Sequence record: DRR723986_6735
Length of the DNA stretch: 41,378 bases
Strand: one strand, 5' to 3'
In this document: piece after piece, positions 10,647 to 19,423 of the stretch
Layout: every line of letters begins with the position of its first letter
How positions within the stretch are numbered: the first letter of the stretch is position 1
Translations under genes and position numbers: made by a program
The notes under the pieces: generated by a model
Seen by the model: only the letters and a program-made list of their open reading frames with translations
The model's database searches: none
What the model was told of the DNA's origin: nothing

Positions 10647-12682
10647 TCGAAGCTGTCCGCATCGGGTTCGATCCCTTTCTCGGCGGGCCAGTGCTCTGGG
10701 CCGTATCCGGTATCGCTGTGCTGGCATGGCTGGCCTATATTTTTCTGCGGGGCCGCGCCTGGCTGACCCGCGGACTGGGCCTGACGCTGCTCGCAGCGGC
10801 GCTTTCCAATCCGAGCCTGGTGCATGAAGAACGCGAGCCCCTGCCCTCCGTGGCAGCCGTGGTGCTGGACCGTTCCGAAAGTATGGATATCGGCGACCGG
10901 GCAGCCGCCGCCCACAAGGTCTATGACGAGGTGCAGGCGAAACTTGCCGAAGACCCGAGCCTTGAAGTCCGCGTTCTGGAAAGCGACCCGAACGACGATG
11001 GCACACATCTTTACAGCGCACTGGAAGGCCTGATGGCGGATGTTCCACGTGACCGGATCGCGGGCGCCATTCTGATTACCGATGGCCAGTTGCATGATGT
11101 TCCGGGCAAACCGGATGCGGAAGGCGTGATTGGTCCGGTTCACGGCCTCATTGTGGGTGACCCCGACCGGGGCGACCGCCGGGTCGAACTGGTCGAAGCG
11201 CCAAGCTTCGGCATCGTCGGCGAGACGGCGGACCTGATCGTACGGGTGGATGATCCTGACGGCGGCGAGATTGATCTCGATGTGTCGGTCAATGGCGGCA
11301 TTCCGGAACGCGTGCGCGTGAAAGCCGGAGAAGCGACCCCGCTTCCGATCAATATCGAACGGCGCGGCGAGAACATCGTCGTGGTTGAAGCCCCGCCCGG
11401 CCGGCAGGAACTGACCATGGCGAACAACCGTACGGCCGCGAGCCTAGCCGGCGTACGTGACCGTCTCCGCGTCCTGCTGGTCACCGGCAAGCCGAACCAG
11501 GCGGGCCGGACCTGGCGGGACTTGCTGAAATCTGACCCTTCCGTCGATCTTGTCCACTTCACGATCCTGCGGCCGCCCTACAAGAGCGACAATGCCACGG
11601 AAGACGAACTCGCTCTGATCGCTTTCCCCACTGAGGAATTGTTCGAAGCAAAGCTCTCGGAATTCGATCTCATCATCTTCGACCAGTATGAACGCCGGGG
11701 CGTGATCACGCAGACCTATCTCGCCAATATGGCGCGTTATGTGACGGAGGGCGGTGCTTTGCTGATCGCAGCCGGTGAGGATTTTGCCGGCCCGGCCAGC
11801 CTCGCCCGCTCTCCCCTCGCCTCTGTGCTCCCAGCCGCCCCGACCGGCGTGGTGCGAACAGGAGAATTCGTCCCCGCCCTAACGGAAGCCGGAAAACGTC
11901 ACGCCGTGACCGCGCCTTTGGAAGGACGCAGATGGGGCAGCTGGATGCGCTATATCGAATCGACCGCCGAAACAGGCGACACCGTGCTGGCTGCGCCCGA
12001 CGGGAAACCGCTCCTTGTATTGGACCGTGTCGGCAAAGGCCGGGTCGGCATGCTGATGTCCGACCAGATCTGGCTGTGGGCCAGAGGCTATGATGGCGGG
12101 GGACCGTTCGCCGAGATGATCCGCAGGGTCGTTCACTGGTTGATGAAAGAGCCGGAACTTGAGGAACGCCGTCTCAAGCTGACTGCCGAAGGCGACACCG
12201 CCAGAGTTGAACTTCGCAGCCTGATGAACACGGCCCCGCCGCTGCAGATCGAAACACCGGAGGGCGAAACGATCGAACCGGCCTGGACTGAAACCGGTCC
12301 TGGCATTTTCACCGCCGATACTCCCATCGACCAACTGGGCCTTTACCGCGCCCGGGCCGGAGGACTCGAAACCGTCGCCCTGAACGGACCGGCGAATCCC
12401 AAGGAATATGCTGACCTTCAGTCTACGATCAAAGTGTTGCAGCCTTTGGCGCGCGCAACGGGCGGCGGTGTGTTCCGCCTGAACGCCGACGGATCCGGCC
12501 TGCCCGATATCCGCCGCTCGGGTGCGCGGGGAATGTCTGCGGGCGGTAACTGGCTGGGCCTGCGCGAACGCGGCGCTTATGCCGTCCGTTCCTCTTCCAG
12601 CCAGCCCCTGCTGCCAGGCATCACGATTGCAGGCCTCCTTGTCGTACTGCTATTGCTGGCGTGGCGCCGTGAGGGAAGATAG
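10643..12682 (+). CDS. Membrane protein with VWA-like (DRSES, TDG) and GATase1-like domains; fourth gene of the MoxR operon
   Basis: VVLDRSESM, ITDGQ.HD, RTWRDLLKSDPSVDLVHFTILRPP, C-terminal TM ending WRREGR; ATGA overlap with the preceding gene. Confidence 0.88.
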   Translation: MIEAVRIGFDPFLGGPVLWAVSGIAVLAWLAYIFLRGRAWLTRGLGLTLLAAALSNPSLVHEEREPLPSVAAVVLDRSESMDIGDRAAAAHKVYDEVQAKLAEDPSLEVRVLESDPNDDGTHLYSALEGLMADVPRDRIAGAILITDGQLHDVPGKPDAEGVIGPVHGLIVGDPDRGDRRVELVEAPSFGIVGETADLIVRVDDPDGGEIDLDVSVNGGIPERVRVKAGEATPLPINIERRGENIVVVEAPPGRQELTMANNRTAASLAGVRDRLRVLLVTGKPNQAGRTWRDLLKSDPSVDLVHFTILRPPYKSDNATEDELALIAFPTEELFEAKLSEFDLIIFDQYERRGVITQTYLANMARYVTEGGALLIAAGEDFAGPASLARSPLASVLPAAPTGVVRTGEFVPALTEAGKRHAVTAPLEGRRWGSWMRYIESTAETGDTVLAAPDGKPLLVLDRVGKGRVGMLMSDQIWLWARGYDGGGPFAEMIRRVVHWLMKEPELEERRLKLTAEGDTARVELRSLMNTAPPLQIETPEGETIEPAWTETGPGIFTADTPIDQLGLYRARAGGLETVALNGPANPKEYADLQSTIKVLQPLARATGGGVFRLNADGSGLPDIRRSGARGMSAGGNWLGLRERGAYAVRSSSSQPLLPGITIAGLLVVLLLLAWRREGR

Positions 12683-12706
12683 TTTCTCAGTCTGAGGGGA
12701 CGCAGA

Positions 12707-13606
12707 ATGAAACTGATCAAGACCCTGATCCTTACCCTGTTCGCAGGCGGCTTCGGGATGATGGCGGCGGCACAGGATGCCGCTTGCCCGGAAGGGGCGG
12801 CGACGAAGATCTACCAGGTCGCCGGCGCGGCGGGGCAGACCGCCGATCCGGGCCAGCTGAATGTCGCCTATTCGCACGCGGTCCAACTGACCCAGCTTTG
12901 CCCGAAAGATCCGTTCGTCCAGTTCTTTGCGGCACATGCTTTCGCGCAGGTGGCCGGCCGAATCCAGGACCCGCCAAGCCGCTTGCAGGCCCTCAGCGAT
13001 GCGACGGCAGCGCTGTTCAGGTACGAGAAGCTCGGCACCGCAGACTTTGGCGGACATGTATTCAAGTCCGGCCTGACCTGGGAGGATGGCAGCGAGGCGG
13101 TGGTCGACACGTCCGCCAGCGGAAAGCAGTTGCTGACAGAAATCATCGTGCCGCAAGTTGTGGAGCTGGAAGCCCGCGCCCAGTTCCACCCATTCGTTTC
13201 AGGCAAGGGCCGGACACAGGACGCCGCCTGCCCCTACAGAACACCCGGATGGGCTGACGCGGAGGCTGCCGGATACGCTCCCGGTTTCAAAACCATCGCC
13301 CCATACTTCCTGGAGAATGGTGCCAGCCCGAACCCGATGGGCGCTGTCGAACGGATGGAATGGTTGATCACAGCCTGTCCGGACGCTGAGGAAGGCGTAA
13401 GTTTCCAGCTGGGTTTTCTGTGGACCCAGGCGGCCGACTGGTATGAATACAGCGACGATGGGGAGGGTGTCAGTGAAGCCGCTGGCCGTGCGATCACCTG
13501 GCTCACCAAATCCAGGGAATTGATTGAAGCGCGCGGGGGCCCGGCGTCTGCTCTGGCGCGCACGAACCGGCTGCTGGCGGACATGCAGGCCCTCCGCGAC
13601 GATTGA
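12707..13606 (+). CDS. Hypothetical secreted protein, alpha-helical with several Cys
   Basis: Sec signal peptide (MKLIK...AAAQD), GAGGGG RBS, 299 aa; no recognised family. Confidence 0.75.
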   Translation: MKLIKTLILTLFAGGFGMMAAAQDAACPEGAATKIYQVAGAAGQTADPGQLNVAYSHAVQLTQLCPKDPFVQFFAAHAFAQVAGRIQDPPSRLQALSDATAALFRYEKLGTADFGGHVFKSGLTWEDGSEAVVDTSASGKQLLTEIIVPQVVELEARAQFHPFVSGKGRTQDAACPYRTPGWADAEAAGYAPGFKTIAPYFLENGASPNPMGAVERMEWLITACPDAEEGVSFQLGFLWTQAADWYEYSDDGEGVSEAAGRAITWLTKSRELIEARGGPASALARTNRLLADMQALRDD

Positions 13607-13680
13607 TCTTTCGCCCAGCACGTTTTGCCCGCAGGTGCGCGGGCGCACTGCGCGGCAGGCTTGTGGATTTCCCCGGAGGA

Positions 13681-14127
13681 TCAGCTTGTGTCAGGATCGG
13701 AAAACGGGCGGACCGGAACAGGCCAGTCTGCCAGCGCTGAATTGACCTGAAGCCGGATCGCCCCGGCAAGCAGGGCCAGTTCCGGACGCAGCCGGTGACG
13801 CCCTGCAATCGGCAGGCTATAGGGCCTGGCGTCGCGGCGCTTTCTCATCCGTTCGATCAGGCGGGCCATGCGGCGCGCAGCAGCCTCTGGCTGTTTTATC
13901 ACCTTGAGCAGTCCCGCCGCCCGGCGCAGCAGCGGCAGGGCGAGGACCGGGCCTGTCCGGCGCGCTGTTGCCAGCGCACTGAAGTCGCCCGGCGCCCCGG
14001 ACGGCGGCGGTATCAGCACCATGCGGTATTGCGGCGGCAGGTGCAGATTGGCCTCGCCCAGTGTGTCGAGCAGACCGTTGCGCAGGTCCGTAAAGCCTTG
14101 TTCGAGAAGAGCGGTCTGGTCATCCAT
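13681..14127 (-). CDS. Hypothetical basic protein ending in PDTS
   Basis: 148-aa ORF filling the intergenic space; amphipathic helices; C-terminal PDTS; no SD sequence. Confidence 0.55.
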   Translation of the reverse strand: MDDQTALLEQGFTDLRNGLLDTLGEANLHLPPQYRMVLIPPPSGAPGDFSALATARRTGPVLALPLLRRAAGLLKVIKQPEAAARRMARLIERMRKRRDARPYSLPIAGRHRLRPELALLAGAIRLQVNSALADWPVPVRPFSDPDTS

Positions 14128-14230
14128 GCGTCAGAGGATGAGCGAAGCCACGATCCGGTTGGATAGTGTCGCCGGTTTCCATGCCGCAGCCCAATGAACA
14201 CGGCCCCTTCCCTGTTGGTCAGGCACCCGC

Positions 14231-15889
14231 CTATGCCGCGTCCGGATTGACCGCCATGCGGGCAGCTGCAGGTGCGGCGCCTTCCAGCTTCGGTTTCGGC
14301 ATCAGGAACAAGGCAAAGAAAACGATCACGAACCAGATCGCGACGACGTGGAAACAGTCCCGGAAAGCGAGCACTTGCGCTTCAGCCGAGACCTGCCGTC
14401 CGATTACACCGAACGCGTTCTGGAATGCCGGCAGCACGGCCATGCCGTTGCGTTCCAGTTCCTGCGCATAGATTGCATGCTGGTAGAGCATTTCGGCGTT
14501 TGCTTCATTCATGCCCACAGAAAGGTGATCGCCGTGAAAGATCAGACGGCGCTGCAATAGGATCGCCAGCAGGTTCACCCCGAATGCGCCGCCGACCTGC
14601 ATCAGGAACGACACGCCGCCGGTTGCCGAGGCGAGCAGATGCGGCGGAGAGGCGCGCACCGCGGTCGTATTCGCCGGCGGCATGCAGAAACTGATGCCGA
14701 CGCGCGACAGGAAGATCCAGCCGACCAGCACCCAGTAAGGTGTAAGTGCAGTAACCCCCGCCAGCAGGTAAGCCGCCGCAGCGAAACTGAGAATCCCGAA
14801 TGCCAACAGGAAGCGGGCATCCACCCGGTCTGTCAGCCGTCCGGCGATCGGAAAGCCGACCACCATGGCGAGGCCGGCCGGAATCATCATCACACCCGCT
14901 GCGGTGGGTGAATAATGCTGCACCATCTGAACGAACAGCGGGATCAGGTAAGTAGACGCATAAATGGCGATCCCGGTTGCAGAGATGATCAATCCCGCGG
15001 ACCAGAATTGCCGGTACATGAAGATCGCCGGGTTCAGCGCCGGAAATGGATACCGACGTTCCCACAAGACGAAACTGATGCCGCCAATCACACCAATAGC
15101 GAATTTCAGATAGGTGATGTCAGAGTCCCATCCATCACGGTTCGCGCCCGCAAAGGCCGACAGCAGGCTGACAATGGAAACTGTCAGAAGGCCAAGTCCC
15201 TGCCAGTCCAGCGGCGGACGGGTGCGGACATTCGGGTCCTCCCCCGTTGGCATCAGGAAGGGGGCAACGCTGAGCGCGACAAATGCCAGCGGCAAAGTGG
15301 CGACGAACACCAGACGCCAGCTGGCAAGGTCCACAGCTATGCCGCCCAGTGCCGGGCCAAAGGCAGGCGCCAGAACGACGCCAATGGAAAAGATGCCCAT
15401 CGCCGTGCCGCGCTGATTGTCCGGGAAGGTCTGGAAGATCAGGAACATCGACATGGGCTGCAGCAGCCCGGCGGAAATCCCCTGCAGGGCGCGCGACAGG
15501 ATCAGCATTTCCAGCGTCGTCGATACCGCCCCCATCAGGGAGCCGACAATGAACAGGCACATGCCCACGACATAGGTCGCCCGCGGACCATATGTGTGCA
15601 TCGCCCAGGCATTTGCCAGCATGGCAATGGTGGATGAGGCGAGAAAGGCCGTCGACATCCACTGCGCCTGGTCCTGGCCGAGCCCAAAGGCGCCAATGAT
15701 CGCAGGCAAGGCAACATTTACTGTTGTCGCCGCCAGCATCGTGGCGAGCGATCCGGTCAGCATCGCACCGAGAAGGATCCAGCGGTAATTCGGGCCGAAT
15801 TGTTCAAAGCGCCGCCTGACAGCGGACCCGGCCATGGCCGGAATGTCATGTGCCGGAACCTTCCCAGGTGAGGCCGCTGCCGTACTCAC
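14231..15889 (-). CDS. emrB: DHA2 family MFS efflux permease (EmrB/QacA type)
   Basis: TTVNVALP.I, W..T.FL, RALQG...G, APAFGP.LGG and WRLVF motifs; about 14 TM; large loop before the last TM. Confidence 0.9.
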   Translation of the reverse strand: MSTAAASPGKVPAHDIPAMAGSAVRRRFEQFGPNYRWILLGAMLTGSLATMLAATTVNVALPAIIGAFGLGQDQAQWMSTAFLASSTIAMLANAWAMHTYGPRATYVVGMCLFIVGSLMGAVSTTLEMLILSRALQGISAGLLQPMSMFLIFQTFPDNQRGTAMGIFSIGVVLAPAFGPALGGIAVDLASWRLVFVATLPLAFVALSVAPFLMPTGEDPNVRTRPPLDWQGLGLLTVSIVSLLSAFAGANRDGWDSDITYLKFAIGVIGGISFVLWERRYPFPALNPAIFMYRQFWSAGLIISATGIAIYASTYLIPLFVQMVQHYSPTAAGVMMIPAGLAMVVGFPIAGRLTDRVDARFLLAFGILSFAAAAYLLAGVTALTPYWVLVGWIFLSRVGISFCMPPANTTAVRASPPHLLASATGGVSFLMQVGGAFGVNLLAILLQRRLIFHGDHLSVGMNEANAEMLYQHAIYAQELERNGMAVLPAFQNAFGVIGRQVSAEAQVLAFRDCFHVVAIWFVIVFFALFLMPKPKLEGAAPAAARMAVNPDAA

Positions 15890-17052
15890 GCTGGGTCTTC
15901 GGCGGCCTGTTTGCGGATCCGGACCGTCACCATGGTTCCCGGCCGCAGGCGCAGGCCCGGATCGTCCAGATCGATTCGGACCGTGATGCGCTGGGTGATC
16001 TTCGTGAACACGCCATTGGCGTTGGGATTCGGCATCATGGCTGATTCAGCCAGCGTGGCATTGTGAATCCGGGTCACATGGCCTGTGATCTTTGTGCCCG
16101 GATGGCTGTCCGCTTTCACACGCACTTCTGCGCCAGTGTCGATTTTCCGGATGTCGGTTTCCTTGATGTTTGCCGACACCCAGACCGCATCCGGGTCATG
16201 CATCAGCGCGACACGGAAACCGCGCAGGGAATGCTCCCCAGTATCGTAGAAAAGCTCGTCGATCACGCCGTCGATGGGCGCGCGGATCGTATGCTGTTCC
16301 ACGACCACGCGCTGGGCATCGACGCGCGCTTCGGCCTGCTGCAACGAGGCTCGCAGGACGCCGAGGTCCAGCTCGATCAGGCGGACTTCCTCCCCCTGTA
16401 TGGAGGCGGTTCTCTGTTCGGCGCGGGCACTGTCCCGGTCTGCCTCGGCCCGCAACAGGCCCTGCCGGGCCGTATCCAGCGCGTTGCGTGCCTGATCCAG
16501 TGCGCTCTGCGGAACAAGTCCCCGGTCGAACAGGCCTTGCGTGCGGTCGAAATCCAGCTGGGCCGTTTCAAGATTTGAACGCGCCGCTTCAACGGAGGCT
16601 GACGCCGATTGCGTACCGGCGCGACGGGCAGCAACCTCACTGCCTGCCTTGGACGAAGCCAGCCCGATTCGAGCCTCTTCCCGGGCAATTTCAGCCCGGA
16701 GGCGGTTCGCCTGGGCTTCGTATTCGGCCAGTGTATAGGCGGCTTCCCGGTCATCGATTGTATAGATGACGTCCCCCGCCTTCACGATGTCGCCCGCCGA
16801 CACGCGCTGTGAGGTGATTTTGCCTGAAATATCCGTCGAAACGGCGATCATGTCCGCGGCGATCCGCGCGTCGGAAGTCGATACATAAGCGGCCCGGTCC
16901 GCGAAAAAGCGGAAAAGTCCCAACAAAACCAGCAGAACAAGGCCCGCGATCAGCCCCAAACGCACACGCGGATTGCGTAGATGTGCGGTCAGCGGCGCGC
17001 GAGACGGCTGGATGGTTTCGATTTCCGGCGTAACTTGTGTGTTTCCGTCCAT
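15886..17052 (-). CDS. emrA: HlyD/EmrA family efflux adaptor (membrane fusion protein)
   Basis: N-terminal TM, V..GD.VKAGD, coiled coil, IRAPIDG, WV.ANIKET, NA.G.FTKITQRI.VRI, LRPG; GTGA overlap with the MFS gene. Confidence 0.92.
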   Translation of the reverse strand: MDGNTQVTPEIETIQPSRAPLTAHLRNPRVRLGLIAGLVLLVLLGLFRFFADRAAYVSTSDARIAADMIAVSTDISGKITSQRVSAGDIVKAGDVIYTIDDREAAYTLAEYEAQANRLRAEIAREEARIGLASSKAGSEVAARRAGTQSASASVEAARSNLETAQLDFDRTQGLFDRGLVPQSALDQARNALDTARQGLLRAEADRDSARAEQRTASIQGEEVRLIELDLGVLRASLQQAEARVDAQRVVVEQHTIRAPIDGVIDELFYDTGEHSLRGFRVALMHDPDAVWVSANIKETDIRKIDTGAEVRVKADSHPGTKITGHVTRIHNATLAESAMMPNPNANGVFTKITQRITVRIDLDDPGLRLRPGTMVTVRIRKQAAEDPA

Positions 17053-17250
17053 GCCTCTTGCCGTGGCCTTGCAGCCCGGTCCGTTTCTCTCCCTTGCGGC
17101 CGTTCCGGACAGTTTTGAGTACCGTCTCTGTATTCCGCATTACACTTATGAACGTGACATTCCGCTAAGGCAATCAAGCCCCCTTCTTGCGTCGCCCCGG
17201 CGGGGTCTGTTTAGCTGCTGCAAAGACCACAAATTCAGGGAGGCCATTCC

Positions 17251-18297
17251 ATGCCGTTCGATCTTCCATTGCCGCCCCTGCCCGATCAGCCGGCAGGCGT
17301 TGCATGGCCGACACAGGCCTGGCCCGAAGGCTCGCCTGCGCCGGGTACCGATATCGCCCGTCTGACCAGCCTGTTGGACCGGGCTTTCGCAGACCCTGCC
17401 CCGGACACGATGGGCGAGACACATGCGTTCCTTGCCGTTCAGGGAGGCAGGATCGTTGCCGAACGTTACTGGCGCGATTTCACTCCGGGCAGCACTTTCC
17501 CGTCCTGGTCCGAAGCAAAATCCATCACGCAGGCGCTGGTCGGCATTCTCGTGCGCGAGGGCCGGATCGATATTCACGCACCGGCGGACGTGCCGGAATG
17601 GCAAGGGGCGGATGATCCGCGAGGCGCCATCACGCTGGATATGCTGTTGCGCATGTCCAGCGGATTGAAGTTCGTAGAGGATTATGTACCGGGCTCGGTT
17701 TCAGACGTGATCGAAATGCTGTTCGGCAGCGGGCAGGAAGATGTCGCCGCCTATGCAGCCGGCCAGCCGCTGGAACATGAGCCGGATTCGTTCTGGAGCT
17801 ATTCAAGCGGCACATCCAATATTGTTGCCCGCTGCGCCGCCCGCGCGCTGAACGTAAAAGGAGAGGCATTCCGGGACTTCATGTTCCGTGAACTGTTCAG
17901 CCCGATCGGCATGCGCTCCCCTCTTCCGAAGTTTGATCCGGCAGGTACGTTCATCGGTTCATCCTTTTGCTACTGCACCGCGAGGGACTTTGCCCGATTT
18001 GGCCTTCTCTATTTGCGCGGCGGCGTCTGGGACGGCACCCGCCTCTTGCCGGAAGGCTGGGTCGACTATGCCCGCACGCCAACACCCGCTGTGCCGGAAA
18101 CCGAAACACTCGGTTACGGTGCCCATTGGTGGCTGAACATGGCCGGTCGGGGTAGCTTCTCCTGCAACGGCTATGAAGGTCAGTACACGGTTATCGTACC
18201 GGAGAAAGACCTGATCCTCGTCCGCCATGGCAAATCCCCGCTCGAAGCCAAGGAAGAAGTGCAGGCCTGGATCGCGGACGTGGCGGAATGCTTCTGA
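17251..18297 (+). CDS. Serine hydrolase, beta-lactamase class C / 6-aminohexanoate-dimer hydrolase-like
   Basis: SxxK (SEAK), LLRMSSGL, YSS, ARDFARFG.LYL, YG.HWW; no signal peptide. Confidence 0.9.
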   Translation: MPFDLPLPPLPDQPAGVAWPTQAWPEGSPAPGTDIARLTSLLDRAFADPAPDTMGETHAFLAVQGGRIVAERYWRDFTPGSTFPSWSEAKSITQALVGILVREGRIDIHAPADVPEWQGADDPRGAITLDMLLRMSSGLKFVEDYVPGSVSDVIEMLFGSGQEDVAAYAAGQPLEHEPDSFWSYSSGTSNIVARCAARALNVKGEAFRDFMFRELFSPIGMRSPLPKFDPAGTFIGSSFCYCTARDFARFGLLYLRGGVWDGTRLLPEGWVDYARTPTPAVPETETLGYGAHWWLNMAGRGSFSCNGYEGQYTVIVPEKDLILVRHGKSPLEAKEEVQAWIADVAECF

Positions 18298-18305
18298 TCC
18301 CGACA

Positions 18306-18346
18306 CCTGAAACATGACCGGCACCGGGCCGGTCATGTCATTCAGG
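18306..18346. terminator. Hairpin between convergent genes, probable bidirectional terminator
   Basis: ACATGACCGGC-ACCGG-GCCGGTCATGT perfect 11-bp stem, extendable by CCTGAA/TTCAGG; no clear U-tract. Confidence 0.55.
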
Positions 18347-18351
18347 CCAGG

Positions 18352-18747
18352 TCAGGACCGGGGCGAGAAACCGTTGTGAATGGCTTCCAGCTTGTTGCCG
18401 AAGGGATCCTTCACGAAACAGGTATAGACATCCGGAACCGGATAGCCTGGACGCGGACCAGGCTGGCCGGCGTCTGTGCCGCCCTGCGCCAGCGCCGCCC
18501 TGTGAAATGCGTCCACCGCATTCCGGCTGGCCGCATTGAAGCAGATATGCGTCCCGTTGCCCGGCGTGTATACCGCACCGTTCTCCGGAACCATGACGAG
18601 GAACTGAACCGCCCCGTCACCATATGCTGCAAAGCCTTGCGTGGCAGCCAGGCGGCTGACACCCAGTGCCTGAAGGACCGCATCATAGAAATCGCAGGCC
18701 GGCTCAATAGACGGCACGCCCACGCTCAGATGGTCGATAATATTCAT
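18352..18747 (-). CDS. VOC / glyoxalase family protein
   Basis: IDH.SVGV, FYD.VL..LG, GNGTHICF.A.SR.AVDAFH.AAL..GG.D.G.PG.R, DPFGNKLEA. Confidence 0.92.
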   Translation of the reverse strand: MNIIDHLSVGVPSIEPACDFYDAVLQALGVSRLAATQGFAAYGDGAVQFLVMVPENGAVYTPGNGTHICFNAASRNAVDAFHRAALAQGGTDAGQPGPRPGYPVPDVYTCFVKDPFGNKLEAIHNGFSPRS

Positions 18748-18806
18748 TGGAATCTCTCAGGGGTATAAGGGCCGGGCGCCCAGAGGCACCCGGCTTGTTG
18801 GTATGC

Positions 18807-19292
18807 CTACAGATCCGTCGCAGCCGTGTGCTGGATTTTCTGCCAGTTCTTCTCGGCTTTCGCGATCGTACCGGTTTCGTCTTTCTGGAAACTCCGGAAA
18901 ATGTCTTCGTTGAGGAAGACATAGAGCTTTCCATCACGCACAGCCGCATATTGCGGGTCGCCATCGAACTTCTTACCGACCGACACGCCGAAGGTGCAGA
19001 AGCCGCCATTTTGCGGGAGGTAACGGTCCGGGTTCTTCTTGAACGCGTTCATGTTGGCTTTGGTGGCGAAGTAGTAAGCGACGCCATTTTCAACCACCGT
19101 GTAGTCAGCCCGGCCTTCGACGCGATTACCGATCTCGATCAGTGCCACGGGATCCGATCCGTGAAGGCCCAGCGGAGCACCCGCCGCGGTCAGGCCAGCG
19201 GCCACATTGTTTTCATCCGCAGCATGGGCGAGCCCGGCAGCGCTGGAGGTGATGAGAAGTGCGGCGACGGCCGCCTTGAAAGGTGAAATCAT
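18807..19292 (-). CDS. Secreted YHS domain-containing protein of the '(seleno)protein' family, Cys form
   Basis: Signal peptide; G.DPV, YYFA...N...F..NP.RY.PQ.GGFC..GV, DP.....DGKLY.F; Cys is TGC. Confidence 0.88.
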   Translation of the reverse strand: MISPFKAAVAALLITSSAAGLAHAADENNVAAGLTAAGAPLGLHGSDPVALIEIGNRVEGRADYTVVENGVAYYFATKANMNAFKKNPDRYLPQNGGFCTFGVSVGKKFDGDPQYAAVRDGKLYVFLNEDIFRSFQKDETGTIAKAEKNWQKIQHTAATDL

Positions 19293-19384
19293 AACTGTCT
19301 CCTGTGATTTCCGTTAGCCGGTTTGTTCCGACAACGGATATCTGTTGGTTTCAGGAGGATCGATCAATCGTGCCGCGGAAGTCA

Positions 19385-19420
19385 GGGCGTTTCGGCAAAC
19401 CAAACGGGACGGCGTGCAAA
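19385..19420. promoter_or_regulatory. Putative AraC-family tandem operator upstream of the YHS gene
   Basis: Imperfect direct repeat GGGCGTTTCGGCAAA / GGGACGGCGTGCAAA with a 21-bp period. Confidence 0.45.
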
Positions 19421-19423
19421 AAA

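Noticed and set aside
18807..19292. Possible selenoprotein (the YHS family includes Sec members)
   Set aside because: The relevant codon is TGC (Cys); there is no in-frame TGA
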